Origin: Orbicella franksi
Lineage: Eukaryota
Assembly (NCBI GenBank): GCA_964199315.1
Contig: OZ116706.1
Location: 30,380,001 to 30,444,000, forward strand
Reading direction: 5' to 3'
Length of the DNA: 64,000 bases
The position numbers and the translations under genes are program-made. Below, piece by piece: positions 1-12,588 of the stretch (positions are counted from its first letter, which is position 1; each line of letters opens with the position of its first letter). The notes below the pieces were generated by a model. That model did no database searches and was not told the DNA's origin. It worked only from the letters and a program-made list of their open reading frames with translations.

Positions 1-764
1 AATCGGCTATGAAGTCCCTGATTAATTTCAAATTTACTACCTTGTTTAGGTGCACCGAGAACACATCCCGGCAACATTTGATGATTTTCAGTTTCTAATC
101 TTGTCACCTGTGTACAGCTTGTCCGCTCCTTGTAGGGACACCTCGATATTGCGGAGAGTTCAGTTGCTTCCAGAGACATTAGAATTCATAATATCTCAAA
201 CTCTATAATACAGACACTTCCAAAACACGGACACTTAACTTCAACCAAAGTGTAAATATCACTTTACAAATACAGACACTTAACTTCAACTTGAGTGTTA
301 ATGTCACTTTTTAAATTCTTTTTCAGATAGTTTGGTTTCCCTGTCTCAGAAGATGTAAGTATGAGCGATCTCTTGAAGTTATTCATCCGAGTTACCGTTC
401 AGTAAAGGTTTGTAATGAAATAAAGACCATGGTCTAAATCCTATCCATGTGTGAGCTCAGTGTGTACAATCATTTAAAATACGGTCAATAGTCCTACATT
501 TTTCTGCAACCTGCAGAATTTTCCTGTGCAAGCGACTTTTACATAATTGTCCTTGCAAATGTCTTAGTTGCAAGTTAAAAAAAAAAAAAAAAAACAGTTG
601 GTTACAGCTTCTAAAGCCGTTGCTTCAAGTGGAATTAAAACACTTTACGGTCATATTTTATTATGAATTAGCTTCTTGTTACTCTGAAACCAAAAATATT
701 CAGCTACACACTAGCCACGAACAATATATTATCACAAGTAACTGTCAACTTTTATTTTCAAAGT

Positions 765-1407
765 AAATTTCTCGACAATTAACTTTACTGCCGTGTAAAA
801 TGACAAACTAACAACAATCTACTCCCAGCGGTTCAGTGCAAATGGCAATTCTTTTATTTAAATTACCCCCATCACTGCCTAAATGCTCACTTCAATTTTG
901 AGATTTTGAGAAGAATATAATTTTGAAACCATTGAAACGATTTCTGGATTGTTTACTGTATAGTTAAATATTTTTGGTTTCAGAGTAAGAAGGAGCGAAC
1001 TCATAATAAAATATATCAAATATTCCACTTTAACCAACTGTTTTTAAACTTACCTTCTAAACCAGGAGATTTGCAAGGATAATTATGTGAAAGTAGCCTA
1101 TTCTTCGCCGGGGAAGCGAAATTTCTCGACAATGAACCTGAAATCGTCTTAAATAATGAGTTAATCGTCTCTGGAACAGCAGTCCACCACCAGCAGTTCA
1201 GTACAAATGGCTGTTATTTTTTAAAATTACCCCCATGACTGCCTAAATGCTCACTTCGATTTTCAGATGTTGAGAAGAATATCATTTTGTTACCACTGTA
1301 ACGGTTTCTTGATTTTACTTATTTAGTTGAATATTTTTGGTTTCAGAGTAAAAAGTAGCGTACTCATAATAAAATATGACCGAAACCTGTTTTAATTCCA
1401 CTTTAAC
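765..1407. repeat. Diverged direct duplication of a ~250-300 bp non-coding unit (copies ~765-1036 and ~1120-1407)
   Basis: Shared blocks in the same order, e.g. aatttctcgacaat, aaattacccccat-actgcctaaatgctcacttc, tttttggtttcagagtaa, ctcataataaaatat, attccactttaacc. Confidence 0.8.
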
Positions 1408-2824
1408 CTACTAAGAGACTATGAATTAGTCTCTTGAACCAACTAAGTGTTTTAAAACTTTTCTTGTCAGCCAAGACATTTACAAGGATAATTATCCAAA
1501 ACTGGTTTGTAACACAGGAATTGAAATACAGTTCCAAATTGCGGGGAATTCGAAATAACCGAGTTTGAATTAGCGAGGTCCAACTGTATTACATACATAC
1601 AGCCTATTCTCCCAAAGAGCGAAACTTATGAAACAACATGTGGCTGTCTTCAGATCAACATCAAGATTCAGTTTATGCTTTTTAGATAGAGCGGCCAGTC
1701 AAGATTATGTTTGCTTTGACAATTTTTAAGCATTTTCTGTCTAGAAATAAGAAGGTATTTCAACGATGAAATAAAATTTGCTCTATACCGTTTTCATATT
1801 AAGTAGTTCGTGTTTTCTTGAAAAAAGGGGTAAAACTATTGGCTACTAATAAATGTCGTCATTTATTAGGAGTGTGGCATTCAGTAAAAAGGTTTATGGT
1901 TTTAGCTTGATTTACTAACAAATGAATTTTTAATTGCTCTTTCTCACGCAGAGAAATGCAAAATCTGATTGTAATTTGGCCCTTTCTCCACAAGTTCAGC
2001 CACATCAAAATCGCTGCCATATACATTTGACAATAAAAGCGACGAGCTTGTCATTTCAGGAGGTGGTAGTGAAAGCTGTCGCTGTCCCACAAACCATGAG
2101 AAGCAGATGGCCGATTCCTGGAAAATCAACCTCACTTTTGGACACCTGTCCATTTCACCGCCGAACGGCCGTGATGAAAAGCAACTTCAAATTGCGAGGT
2201 CGATTATGCTTAAATTAAATGGGATTCGTTTTACATGTAGTTTCTACAAGTGAAATAAACTATTGCTTAGATAGATTTTCTTCAGTTAAGGTGGACTATA
2301 ACAAGAGCGAGAGAGGATAATCTCTTGACAGAAGGAATATTTGAAATGTTAAGTAAATAAATTTTACAACCACGAAACAGGAGTTATTAAAAATCATCAC
2401 CGACAATCGTTTCAGAGAGCTTTTACGACCGACAAAGAATTATAGCCCGAAATTTCAGTAATTGCCGCCCTCAGTTCGGCGTAACCCCTGAAGGGTGACG
2501 TGGGTTCTGAGCGAAATGTAGATGATCGATTATTAAAAGTATCTGTCCTAGTTTTAATTTCGTGTGGTCAAAATACGAGACGAGAGGGAACTGAATCTGA
2601 GGGATAATGAAGTGGGTTTTCAACACGTTGTATTGAAATAAAGAAACCTGCTTTGCACGTTGTTTGCTCTGATATGTACGACGCTGTAGCTCTTGGGCGT
2701 AAACTTAAGATCTTGGTCATAACATTTCAGTGCCAAAGTGGCTGTTGACCAAAAGCTATTTTTACAATCACGTCATGATCAATTAGAGGACAGACGGACA
2801 AGAGGCCGAGGCCAGGCGAGTGTG

Positions 2825-3032
2825 TTAATAGGACACGTTCGATATACATGTATCAATATTCTAACATGGCTCCGAGGCTTTCAGGAGAAAATTCTATCTT
2901 TGGTGTTGTTTTCTTTGTATCCAAGTCTCTTTTGGGAATTAAGAGAAAAAAGAAACTTAAAAAATTTACAATTTTGACCCGAAAACCTCGGAGCCATGTT
3001 AGAATATTGAAATATCGAACGTGACCTATTAA
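2825..3032. mobile_element. ~205-bp MITE with ~50-bp terminal inverted repeats
   Basis: Left ttaataggacacgttcgata...tcaatattctaacatggctccgagg; right cctcggagccatgttagaatattgaaatatcgaacgtgacctattaa is its reverse complement. Confidence 0.85.
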
Positions 3033-3234
3033 TGACAATACTTTGACATGACATGTACATGTAACGGTTTGAATTCGTAAGGTAAAACTTTGGCATTATT
3101 CCTGGGGGCGGGATATTATCGTCCCGGCTTATTTTGCATATGCTTTTTATCGACACTGGTTTTCTTGTGTTTAGATCTATGTAAACCAATTTACGAGATG
3201 TACTTTGTCATCTTTGTTTCTTTGGACTCACACC

Positions 3235-3472
3235 AGGGCCCGTTTCCCTCAAACCCCGGAAACTTATCGGGCCCGCAAAGCCATTTTTTAATTAATCTGT
3301 ATCTAAAAACAGAGAGGAGTATAAGCCTGAAACGTATTGCATGAAAAGAACCTCTGTTCATATTAAGAATGTGTAAATAAAACAGTTCTGTAATCATAAG
3401 GTTTGAGATTTTGCTACGGCCTCAGTTCTGGGTGCGAAAACATTTCGGGACCTTCGAGGAACGAGCTCCAGT
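3235..3472. mobile_element. Degenerate MITE (Harbinger-like TIR style)
   Basis: Left cagggcccgtttccctcaaaccccggaaac; right end aaacatttcgggaccttcgaggaacgagctccag is an imperfect inverted match. Confidence 0.55.
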
Positions 3473-5148
3473 TCCCTTGAAATTGGTGTAGAGTAACAAC
3501 GGGTTGTGACATCATGTTATATTGTAGGCCTAACCTTTCACCAACGAGAGGTATCGGAACTCTTGAGAGGAGAACTAAGGTCTCAAAGTTTAATCCACTA
3601 CCACTCCTTCTTCAACTTCTACTAAATGCAACTTTACAATGCACCCACTTTTATGTCAACTCTTTCTGCGCCCGAGACTCTTGCCAGGGGTAAATCAGGT
3701 GCAACAAAACAAGGTAGCCGGATGTTAATCTGAAACGAACGCAGCTGACTTGATAAGGCAAGCAGAGATTAACCAACTGAAAACTAGAAAAAATGGAATA
3801 ATCTTTGGCAAAACCTAAACCTTGGACCTGTCTCCGGAAGGTAGAATCCAAGGTCGCGAGAACACAACATGTACACAGGTCAACGCCCGAACATAAAGTT
3901 CTAGAATGAAACTTTTCCAAGGCAAACGGAGGAGGCGTTCAAGAATTGAGTGTTCCACGTATGTGGGTTAACCTTGGCTTGCCAAAACTAAGCTTTCTTA
4001 GAAATATGATCTCGAAATAATTGGCTCCTCAACAAGATTATCAAATGGTACATCTTACCATTTAATTAGACTTTAACTGGAATTGTTTCTCGACGATGAA
4101 GTCAATACCAAGGTCGAAACATTTATTTTTTCAGTCCAAATTACCATTATTTCTTCAAGCTATCAGGATTTTTTTAGTCCAACAGCTAACAACTCAACTC
4201 AACACCTGTCCAGTTGTTGGATGCTGATAGTTTTCTCGAGGCGATACTCCACATTCATGCCAGCCTCAATGGCTGTTTTTCTCATTATAATTCAAATTAG
4301 CCATGCGGTCTGCCATGAGGCGGACAACTTTAATCGACTCCGATCAATCAATGGACAAGAACTGTCAAAGTTATACCTGAGAGCCAAATTATGGATCATT
4401 CCACCCACGAGTAATTTGGAATGGTTACTTGCTATTTTCAGCTTGTTTTAAACAACGGAAGTCGTAAAAAATTGTTATTCAGTTTTAAGGGCTGGTATTA
4501 TCGAAAACTCAAACTATCTTCTTCCACAATACTGGCAATCACCTGCCAAATTTGCATTATGTGAAGACAAACATGGTGGCTATCGTGGTTATGGCCTATT
4601 TGTTTAGAAAGCTAACTATGTTCGATTGTCTGATACTGGCTCAACTCTATTTTTCTGAACAAAAGAAGTGTGCGCTCCTGTCACCTTCTATTCATGGTGT
4701 TCTTAAACGTTCTGTGAAGTTCTTTCACTGCAGTGTCATCTACACGTGTCCAATTATGTTGTAAACAATGCACCTGGCAGGTAGACTTGTGCCAAGGCTG
4801 TGCAATCCTTGACAAACATGGAATCGACTGCTGTTTATTAAAACATTAAAAAAATATTGAAATCCTTTTGAAGTGGTAGTATTTATATTGATGGCAAGAC
4901 CAATTCATTGTCTTTTTTCTAGAGTTGTTGAGGTTAGGGTTAGATACACTCATGATAAGCTGTATCCACTGACCGAGGGGTTTATAAAACGAACACCACT
5001 AAAAGTTAAGAAACAACACTTAAAATAAACCTAACCTTAAGAGATCTCCCTGGAGCCTATGGATACTGACGTGTTTAACACATGTAGTTTTCGGTCGTGA
5101 TGTTGATATTTGCATGTTTGCACAGTAGTGCATCTTAGGTACACGCCA

Positions 5149-5533
5149 GGGTCCCGTCTACACCGCGCCGGGGAAACTTGAAAACAGCGTTTTCAACCCG
5201 AACTCGCATGAAATGTTTTCTGTCCACACTACGTCTCAGAAATTCAGTTGAAAACGAAACAATCACCGGTGATTTTGGGTTTGTGTTTGAGGAAAACACG
5301 GGCAGGGAAATCAAATGATTATCGTGACCTCATGATTTTCGAAAAGCTCCGTTTTCAAAATGTTTTCCGTCCAGACTAAAACGCAAAGCCAGCGTTTTCA
5401 AATTCCTCCGGTTTGAAGAGCGTTTTCGAAAAGCTCCGTTTTCGTGACGGATTTGAGTGGAGGGAGCCCCTAGGCTAGGCGTAGAAATAAAGCTGCGTAT
5501 TAATTTTTTTCTGGCGTAGTATGGTCGGCACCC
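5149..5533 (+). mobile_element. ~385-bp non-autonomous DNA transposon (Harbinger-like MITE), copy 1
   Basis: Ends cccgtctacaccgcgccgg / ctggcgtagtatggtcggc; internal repeats gaaaagctccgttttc; clear homologue in opposite orientation at 49879-50253. Confidence 0.8.
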
Positions 5534-5639
5534 TAGGGAGAGAACAAGAACAAACTGTTCTTTTTGTTTTAAATCAGCCCCAATTCTGGTTGTGAATCGT
5601 TCTGTTTACGATTAGTGAACAAGTGCGTTCTAAATAATA

Positions 5640-5860
5640 GTAAATTGATGAACAAATTGGCAGTGGCACATCCCACGGAGAGGTTCTTCGTTCACTTTTT
5701 CCAGATCAAATTGAATTTGGAAGTGTTGGCTTTTGTAGGAGAGAAAAATCGGAGAACCTGGAGAAAAATCCTCGACGCAAGACGAGAACCAATTGACAGC
5801 GACAGCAACTCTGTGTGATTTGACTTCGGGTCACACTGATTGGTGGGAGGCGAGCGCTGA
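5640..5860 (-). mobile_element. Degenerate tRNA-derived SINE, second family
   Basis: ggagaaaaatcctcgacgcaagacgagaaccaa...gggtcacactgattggtgggaggcgagcgct resembles the reverse complement of a tRNA-like head as I recall it from coral SINEs. Confidence 0.5.
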
Positions 5861-5924
5861 AATTTCGGGTAACTAACTGGATTGTTTACAAAAAAATACC
5901 TGAAATCGAGCTTCCCATCATTAA

Positions 5925-6948
5925 GGGGGTATGGTACCCTAAAATATGGCGATGTTCATGAAAAATTCAATTTCTTGGAAATACAAGACTTAAGACCCTT
6001 GAGGACTTGTCAAAAACAGTTTGAAACGATCTTGCAGAATTTGCTTCCAGATGAGTGTGAAATTTAAGGAAAGTACACAGTGGTATAAGTTTTTTCACGT
6101 GGCAACGGCCATAGCAACGACTGTTTACTATAAGAACGTGACCAAAAATATAGAGTATTTTTAACTCATATGAACGAAACTATTTAGAAAAAACTTTTAA
6201 GACATGCACAACTCGATTGGTATAATTATTTGTGAAAAGCTTTGCCTCAAATTGCCATCACAGGCTCATTCATTTCCCTTATGACAAGGAATATTTCCCA
6301 CAACTGCGGTGACTTTTTACAAAATAGAACAACCATTGCACCCCCTCCCCCGAGATCCATTCTGCACCCCCCCCACTATTTGTGGCTCGTTAAATGCTTA
6401 ATACTTCGTGTGCGAAACTTAAAGTGCATTTTTCTCAAAAGTTTACTTTTGTACCGACTGATTCCGCGCCAACATTTCTACTTTGCAAGGTTTTTAAGTA
6501 GAATTTCTGAAACTTGGGCTCATCAAAGACCAATAGTGTCGGATGACATAAACCAAAAATATCGTAACATTTTAAGGTCTGTCACGTGACATGAGATGAT
6601 TTGTCCACTGGGTGTGGTAAAAAATAAGGTTATTTCCAAATAAAGCTGTAAAAAGCACTGAAAATAAGAGTTAACTGTCAAAACTTAGGTTCATATCACA
6701 GAACAAAACAGAAACTTACATGATATGCTTATTTGACAGTCAATTTTTGTTTTGTAAAAGAGCAGGAAGCGTTGGCGTCAATACTATAAAACACTACTTC
6801 AAAAGGCTGTGGCTGGTTTCCATAGCAACCATTTTGAATAAAACTCTAGAAATTTAATTTCTCTTCTTGAGTGCAATAGCACACAATTGATCTTTCTTCA
6901 CCATATTTAAACAAATTTTTTGGTCCATATTGAGGGTACCATACCATC
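5925..6948. mobile_element. 1024-bp non-autonomous Kolobok-like DNA transposon flanked by TTAA
   Basis: TTAA|GGGGGTATGGTACCCTAAAATATGG ... CCATATTGAGGGTACCATACCATC|TTAA; RR..YY termini with TTAA TSD fit Kolobok rather than piggyBac; no transposase ORF. Confidence 0.75.
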
Positions 6949-7984
6949 TTAAGCGACCACCTTTAAGGCTGCCATTCATAGACCACCAGCCAGTAGTTTA
7001 TCGTGAAATTTTATGGCGCTTTGAACATTTGAAACGTTCCTGGATGGGAAAAGCTTACACCTCTTGCCAAGGGCCTAAAGGACTAGATAAGTGCAAGGGT
7101 CTTGTGAACCGCTTGAGAAATTCACAAGTAATCACCGAGGAAGGGAAAGGAAAGAGCTTAGAAAAAAGATTAGAAAGAAAGTAATGATAATATCTACCCA
7201 TTTTCTCTTATAAAAACTTAGAGAAAATCAATAATTCATCAAGTTAAAACAACGAAAATCACAAGCGTGAAGGAGGTTTGGATACCCGGTTTTAATTAGC
7301 ATAGATTTTGACGTTTTTACTCCGTTTACTCCTTAGTTTTTGTTTCGATTAAGAAGATATATCAAACACTCGAGACCTGTAGAACTGTAGTATTAGGGGT
7401 TAGAAACAGTGCTGGCAGTTTCCAGCAATTATACTTTGATAGATTGATACAACCACTTTGTGTCAAGTGACGTTAGAATAATGGTATTGCACAAATGCCC
7501 AACCATTGGCAAACAAGTGGTTATCTTTGCGGCATAAAGGGTTACCATAGCAATTGAACATTGAAGGCGGTTCTAAACCCCCTTGAGAGAAGATTTTAAA
7601 CTTTGCAAAAAGATGTATAACATACTTGTCACATTTCAATAATAACAATAATAATAATTTCTCCTCATTTTCTCTTGTAAAAATAAATTGCCTTTAACAG
7701 ATTGCGCTGTTGCTATGATAACTATTATGCTTTGAAGATAACATCAAATTGTTCACCAATGATTGGACATTTGAGTGATTTGAATATTGCAACATCACTT
7801 GATAAAGTGTGATAGTTTTATTCTCAGTCAAAGTATAACTTCTTACAAGCTCTGTAAACTGTTTCCAGTCACCAGGTTGTTCATAAAATGATTAAAGATA
7901 TCCACTGGAAAGCATAGTTTATTGTCAAGGCTTACATTTGCACAAGATAGTAATTTAACTGGTAGATAGCATTATCCAGTCATT

Positions 7985-8279
7985 GTGCGAGGCCTAGGTG
8001 CATTGGCCTCGTGATCAGTGCGTCCGTCTCTGGATCGAGAAGCCCGGGTTCAAGCCCTGGCCTGGAATATCGTGTTGTGTTCTTGGGCAAGACACTTCAC
8101 TCTCACAGTGCCTCTCTCCACTCAGGTGTATAAATGAGTTCCGGCGAATTTAATACTGGGGTTAACCTTGCGATGGACTAACATCTCATCCAGGGGGGAG
8201 TAGAAATGCTCCTAGTCGCTTCATGCCACAGAGACCGGGATAAGCTCCGGCCTGATGGGCCACTTGACTCTACCTTAAC
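7985..8279 (+). mobile_element. tRNA-derived SINE, full-length diverged copy
   Basis: A-box-like tggcctcgtgatcag and B-box-like gggttcaagccc; body cttgggcaagacacttcactctcacagtgcctctctcc; tail aligns with the copy at 12589-12880. Confidence 0.85.
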
Positions 8280-8349
8280 AATTCATAACTTGAAGAAGAC
8301 GACTTGCTGGTTACTAAAAGACAACTGATCGCAATACAAAACGAAATTT

Positions 8350-9880
8350 ACTGAGTTTATCGCTTCTCTTTATTTTCCATTTTTGTTCTAAAATACATCT
8401 GTTGCCCTCAATTAAAGTTCCTTTATAACCTCTGTTGAATATTTATAACACAATGAACAAATAATCCCTCTCAATTTCTGGCTTGTTCCTTCTGTGAAGT
8501 AAATCGAAATAAAAAGCAATTAATTGTGATACATTTGGTTACTTGAGAAACAATGTGCTCCACTTTTTTTGCAACATGAGTTCTTTATTTCCAGTTTTTG
8601 ACTTTTGTTTCTTCCATATTTTTTTCGTTTTTTTTTCTGTGGTCGCTACTTATGCTAAGGACTTGCAACTTTGTATTAAGATGTGAGCAGGTGTTTAAAT
8701 TATTTTTCATTACTTTTAACTAAATAATACTATTTTTTTAATAAGAATATATTTTTGTAACTAGTAACTCATGTCAGTATTCTGTTTCAATTGATTTTAT
8801 TTTTGTGCAAAAATTGTTGAGTATCCTAGGTTTTAATTCCTATATAGCGCTTTGGACTGCAGTGTATTAACACTACATAAATGTTTATTTATTCATCTAT
8901 TTATTTATCACTTATTAAGGATTTTTTTTACAAACAGAGATACGCCTTATACAAAGTGGGAGCAATTTGTTAGAGAATTAGAGAAGAGACTCGAAAATAT
9001 ATTTCACCTGCGTTCAGTAGCCACTACCAAGATCATTGTCCTCAGCAAAAGGAAAGTCGAAGTCTTGTTGTTCAACAAACCACTCGCTGCCCCGATAGTC
9101 GCTATCAATCTCGTCGTCTACAGGATAGTGTGTGTCGTACATAGCGCTTCCAGGATCATTTTTCGGCAATGTGCGTCCAGCGACCAGGGCAGAGATAACC
9201 AGCAGAAGAAAGAGTGATACAGCTGCTTTCATGTTTCCTCGCACTGTCGAAACAAGCAATATTTCTCGTTAGTTCACTTATCTATTGATTTGTTTGGCTT
9301 TCGTTTGGTTGGTGTTTTATTTACTGCAAATTCCAAATACAGTGAAAATCGAGGCTCAATAAAGGGTATTATTCCTGTATTATTGTTTTTGCTGTTCATT
9401 TAGGTATCTCAGTTTTACAACGAGAAAAGACTTCTAAACCTGGGCCAGTCCATTAATTCTCAGAAAATCGAAGTTAAGCTGGGCGAAGTAATTCCAACTG
9501 CCTGTTAGAAGACGGTTGAAAACGTGAGGCTTGATCTCCTGAACTGACCATCGAGTTTTTTGAAACATGAAATAAGTCCGCGTCAGAACATCTCACAAGG
9601 CCAGAACTTTATCTCGGTCTTCATCGCACGAAGGCAGCTAGAATTCTGTAGAATGCTGTTTTTGATAAAGTAACATATAATTGAAGACCATGTTACTACA
9701 GCCAGCTAGTTTAATCTACTTAAGCTGGCAATTAATCTAACTTATTTTTTATCATAATTACACATATTAGAATCATCGTATATTTTAGATATAAACTGTG
9801 AAACTTACTTTCGTTTCTTACCGACAATGTTGCAAAGTTATACCAGCAGAGGATGTCCTTGCAACATAAAGTGAGACCTT
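8350..9880 (-). other. Predicted three-exon gene model for the secreted peptide: 5'UTR exon ~9822-9880, coding exon 9008-9243, 3'UTR exon ~8350-8491
   Basis: Minus-strand donor cg|GTAAGA at 9821, acceptor ttgtttcgacAG at 9244, donor cag|GTGAAA at 9007, strong acceptor tttacttcacAG at 8492, AATAAA at 8369-8374. Confidence 0.6.
9014..9232 (-). CDS. 72-aa secreted acidic, Cys-free orphan peptide (MKAAVSLFLLLVISALVAG-RTLPKNDPGSAMYDTHYPVDDEIDSDYRGSEWFVEQQDFDFPFAEDNDLGSGY)
   Basis: Textbook signal peptide, aaacATGa start context, flanked by canonical splice sites; mature part has 14 D/E in 53 aa. Confidence 0.8.
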   Translation of the reverse strand: MKAAVSLFLLLVISALVAGRTLPKNDPGSAMYDTHYPVDDEIDSDYRGSEWFVEQQDFDFPFAEDNDLGSGY

Positions 9881-12009
9881 AATTTAAAGTTCCTTCAATA
9901 TAATGGGCTAGAATTCCTTGGAAACGAAAGGTGTAGAGAAAACATTTACGTTCTAGAAAGAGCTCTTGCAAGGCTTGCTTTTCATATTAATTACTACGTA
10001 GGTTTGTACGTGGCAATAAGAAGAAAAGAAAAACCAGTCGCTCTCAGGCATCAAATCAAAAACATCGAACCAACTCAAGATTAATGTTTTGCTTAAACAC
10101 ATTGTTTTGTTTTTCGTTTTTCATATTCCGTGGTGTTACTGTAGTGACAAACGTTTGATTCTAAAAAATGTAATCAACACCCATCGAAAAAACTGTTTTA
10201 TTAAGTGTTGGCTTTGAAGCATTTCCTGCCAATAAGTTTTAAATACAGAGATTGCAAGCTGTGCCTTCAACATGTTTCCTGGCAAAGGAAAGTTGTTAGG
10301 AAGAATGAAGTTGTGAATGAATGAATATCATTGTAGAAACAGAAGTAAGTAACTAGACAAATTTTCTGATAAGAAATATAAGAAAAACATTCACAGTGCA
10401 GACCTGCAGGGCTTGAATGCAGTTTTTGAATGATCTCACTTAAGCTTATATCAAGATATCGTTATAAATGCATACATTGGATGGTATGAGAAAATAATAA
10501 AAGAATTGGACTGTTTAATAACTTTTGTACATGACTTTATTTTCCTACTAGCAAGCGGTAACTGGCATAAATACATATCAGGTCTCGAAGTAACCTTTGA
10601 AAAGAAGTGCGACCTGCATCAACTTTTAAACAAAGAATTTTCGGCAAAGAATAGAAGCTATCCGCTGTCGCCAGAAGTCTATAGCTTATTGCCAGTTGAA
10701 TTTTTAATTAGTAGCACTACCGTACAAATTGGTTTTCTTCGCTCGAAAACATCGGTTTGTTATGAGTGGCAGCGGAATGAATCATCGCTAATTTCTGTAT
10801 ATTAAAGGTAAATTTCTAAGTGTACCATTTGGGAGGAATCGTACGGTGTATTTCGTTACTCATTGCTCCAGTATAATTAGTTTCTTCCTTGATTCTAAGT
10901 CTGCTGTTTTCGTGTAAATGATTCAAAGAACGGTGAAAGCGATATTAACAATAAGTGAAGAAAAAAATGCATGTCCGTAAATGTTAAAAGTCAATAAATT
11001 ACTTATGATACATATTACTAGAAAAGTAAAAGGTTTAATTTCTTCTAAATATAAAATTAATAAAATAAGCTGTTCAGATATTCAGTTTCACGCATAAATC
11101 TACCACAGGCCAAGGTTCTAGATTCTATTTCCTTAAAAGCCATGGACACTATTCAATTTGTCAAACAATTAAGTAACAATGATATTCAGTTGATACAAGG
11201 AAATATTCCCTCTATCCTGAAGAACCATGGCTTGAGGCTAGTCGGAGGTCAGCCGTCTCTCCACCCCCCCACCTACCTTTACCCCTTACGTTTGTATTTC
11301 TTTCGCGCTCGGCGATATATTTTATAACGGATAACGCACCCTTCAAAGCTGTAATTTAGCTAACGATGTGGCTTGCCGATAAGCCGATTATTTTCGAGTC
11401 AGAAAATCATTTCTTGGCATTTATAACAGCCATCCTATGAGAGAATTTTGCGCGGCATTTTGTGCCTTCCTTTTCTTTTTCAAGCCATTTGCAGAGTTTA
11501 ATTAATAAACTCATTCTCCCTGTTGTTAGTCTGGATTTAGTTTCCCAGCAGTGCATGATGCGTTTACATGACTTACAGAGTTTTAAAGAATAACGAGAGG
11601 CTTGGCAGAGAGTATAGTCCATAAACAGAGTTTCAAAAATTTATTTACCACCGGATCGAGGGATCCCTCCTTAGAATCTTTTGTGCGGCTTCGTCGCTAG
11701 GCCATTTTGCTATCGTGCGAAAAAACCTCTCAAGCAAGGCGTGTGGGAAGAAATTAAAGCCAAATGTCGGTCTTTGTTTGAATACATGGAATAATCAGTC
11801 TATTTCACCTTCGGCTCTTTCCCAAGAGATTCGGAGGACATGATGACAAAGGAACTCTACCTAATGGATGGCTTGATGAAAATGCGGTAAAAAGAACCAC
11901 TCATCTGAGTAGTTTCTTTGTTTATGCCTAAGCATCAAGCGACAAAGTGCTTATTAAAGAACTCATCGAACTAAGGTTTATTTCATCTTGTCCGCTTTCA
12001 AAAGGGGCT

Positions 12010-12390
12010 TATTTTCCCGGGGGAGGTACTCCTCAAAGTTTTTGGTAGGAGTGTGTGGCCCAAACCTTGAAACCCTTACCCTATTTCAGACCAAAATCAG
12101 TGATTTTCCATTCTCTACTTCAGATCTGAGCCAAAAATCGATAGCCTATTTCAGACCTCTTAAATTAAAGCAATTCCAATATATGACCCCAGCTAACCAG
12201 AAATGGCTTCCATTTGTGTAAAAATTTGAGAAGGGCTACAAATTTACCAACGTTGATGCAGAAAAAAGTAGTTTGTTGTTAAAAAAATTCCCAATGCCAA
12301 ACCAGAGTGAAAAACATACCCTATTTCAGGCCAAAATGGTCAAAATCTATGCTCATTTTCAGACCAAAAATGCTCAAAAAAGCTCAAAAA
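12010..12390 (+). repeat. Interspersed repeat fragment with internal ccctatttcagaccaaaa repeats
   Basis: The motif c(c)tatttcag(a/g)cc recurs three times, with a variant cattttcagacc near 12355; starts cccgggggaggtactcc as in common coral repeats. Confidence 0.5.
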
Positions 12391-12588
12391 CCGGAGCTCC
12401 AAGACCTTGATTTCTCAGGGGTATGACCAACTCGACTGTCTAATCGCAAATCACCAAGCAACACGAAAAAACTTGAAGTTACTTTATGTGACGGCTGTCC
12501 TCAATACTACTCCCCGCGAACTTTGAATGCTGGCGGAGTTGGTCAGTTCTCACGAAGAATTATAAACGACTTATCAGTGCTTCTTTGT

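Noticed and set aside
1-184. Minus-strand open frame MSLEATELSAISRCPYKERTSC... running off the window edge
   Set aside because: No recognisable motif; the adjacent sequence (ctctataatacagacac, acggacac) looks like pogo/Tc1 MITE ends, so it is likely repeat-derived
1934-2218. Overlapping ORFs on both strands
   Set aside because: No splice context or homology I can recognise
3600-4451. Coding-like base composition with several short ORFs
   Set aside because: Frames are interrupted on both strands and no family is recognisable; possibly a decayed element, needs blastx
9014-9016. TGA as possible selenocysteine
   Set aside because: Only 8 further codons would follow, there is no redox motif, and I saw no SECIS
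10500-10810. Minus-frame TVVLLIKNSTGNKL, resembling the first strand of actinoporin-like proteins and the TVILLVKNNS stretch near 31310
   Set aside because: Flanked by stops and too short to separate from chance
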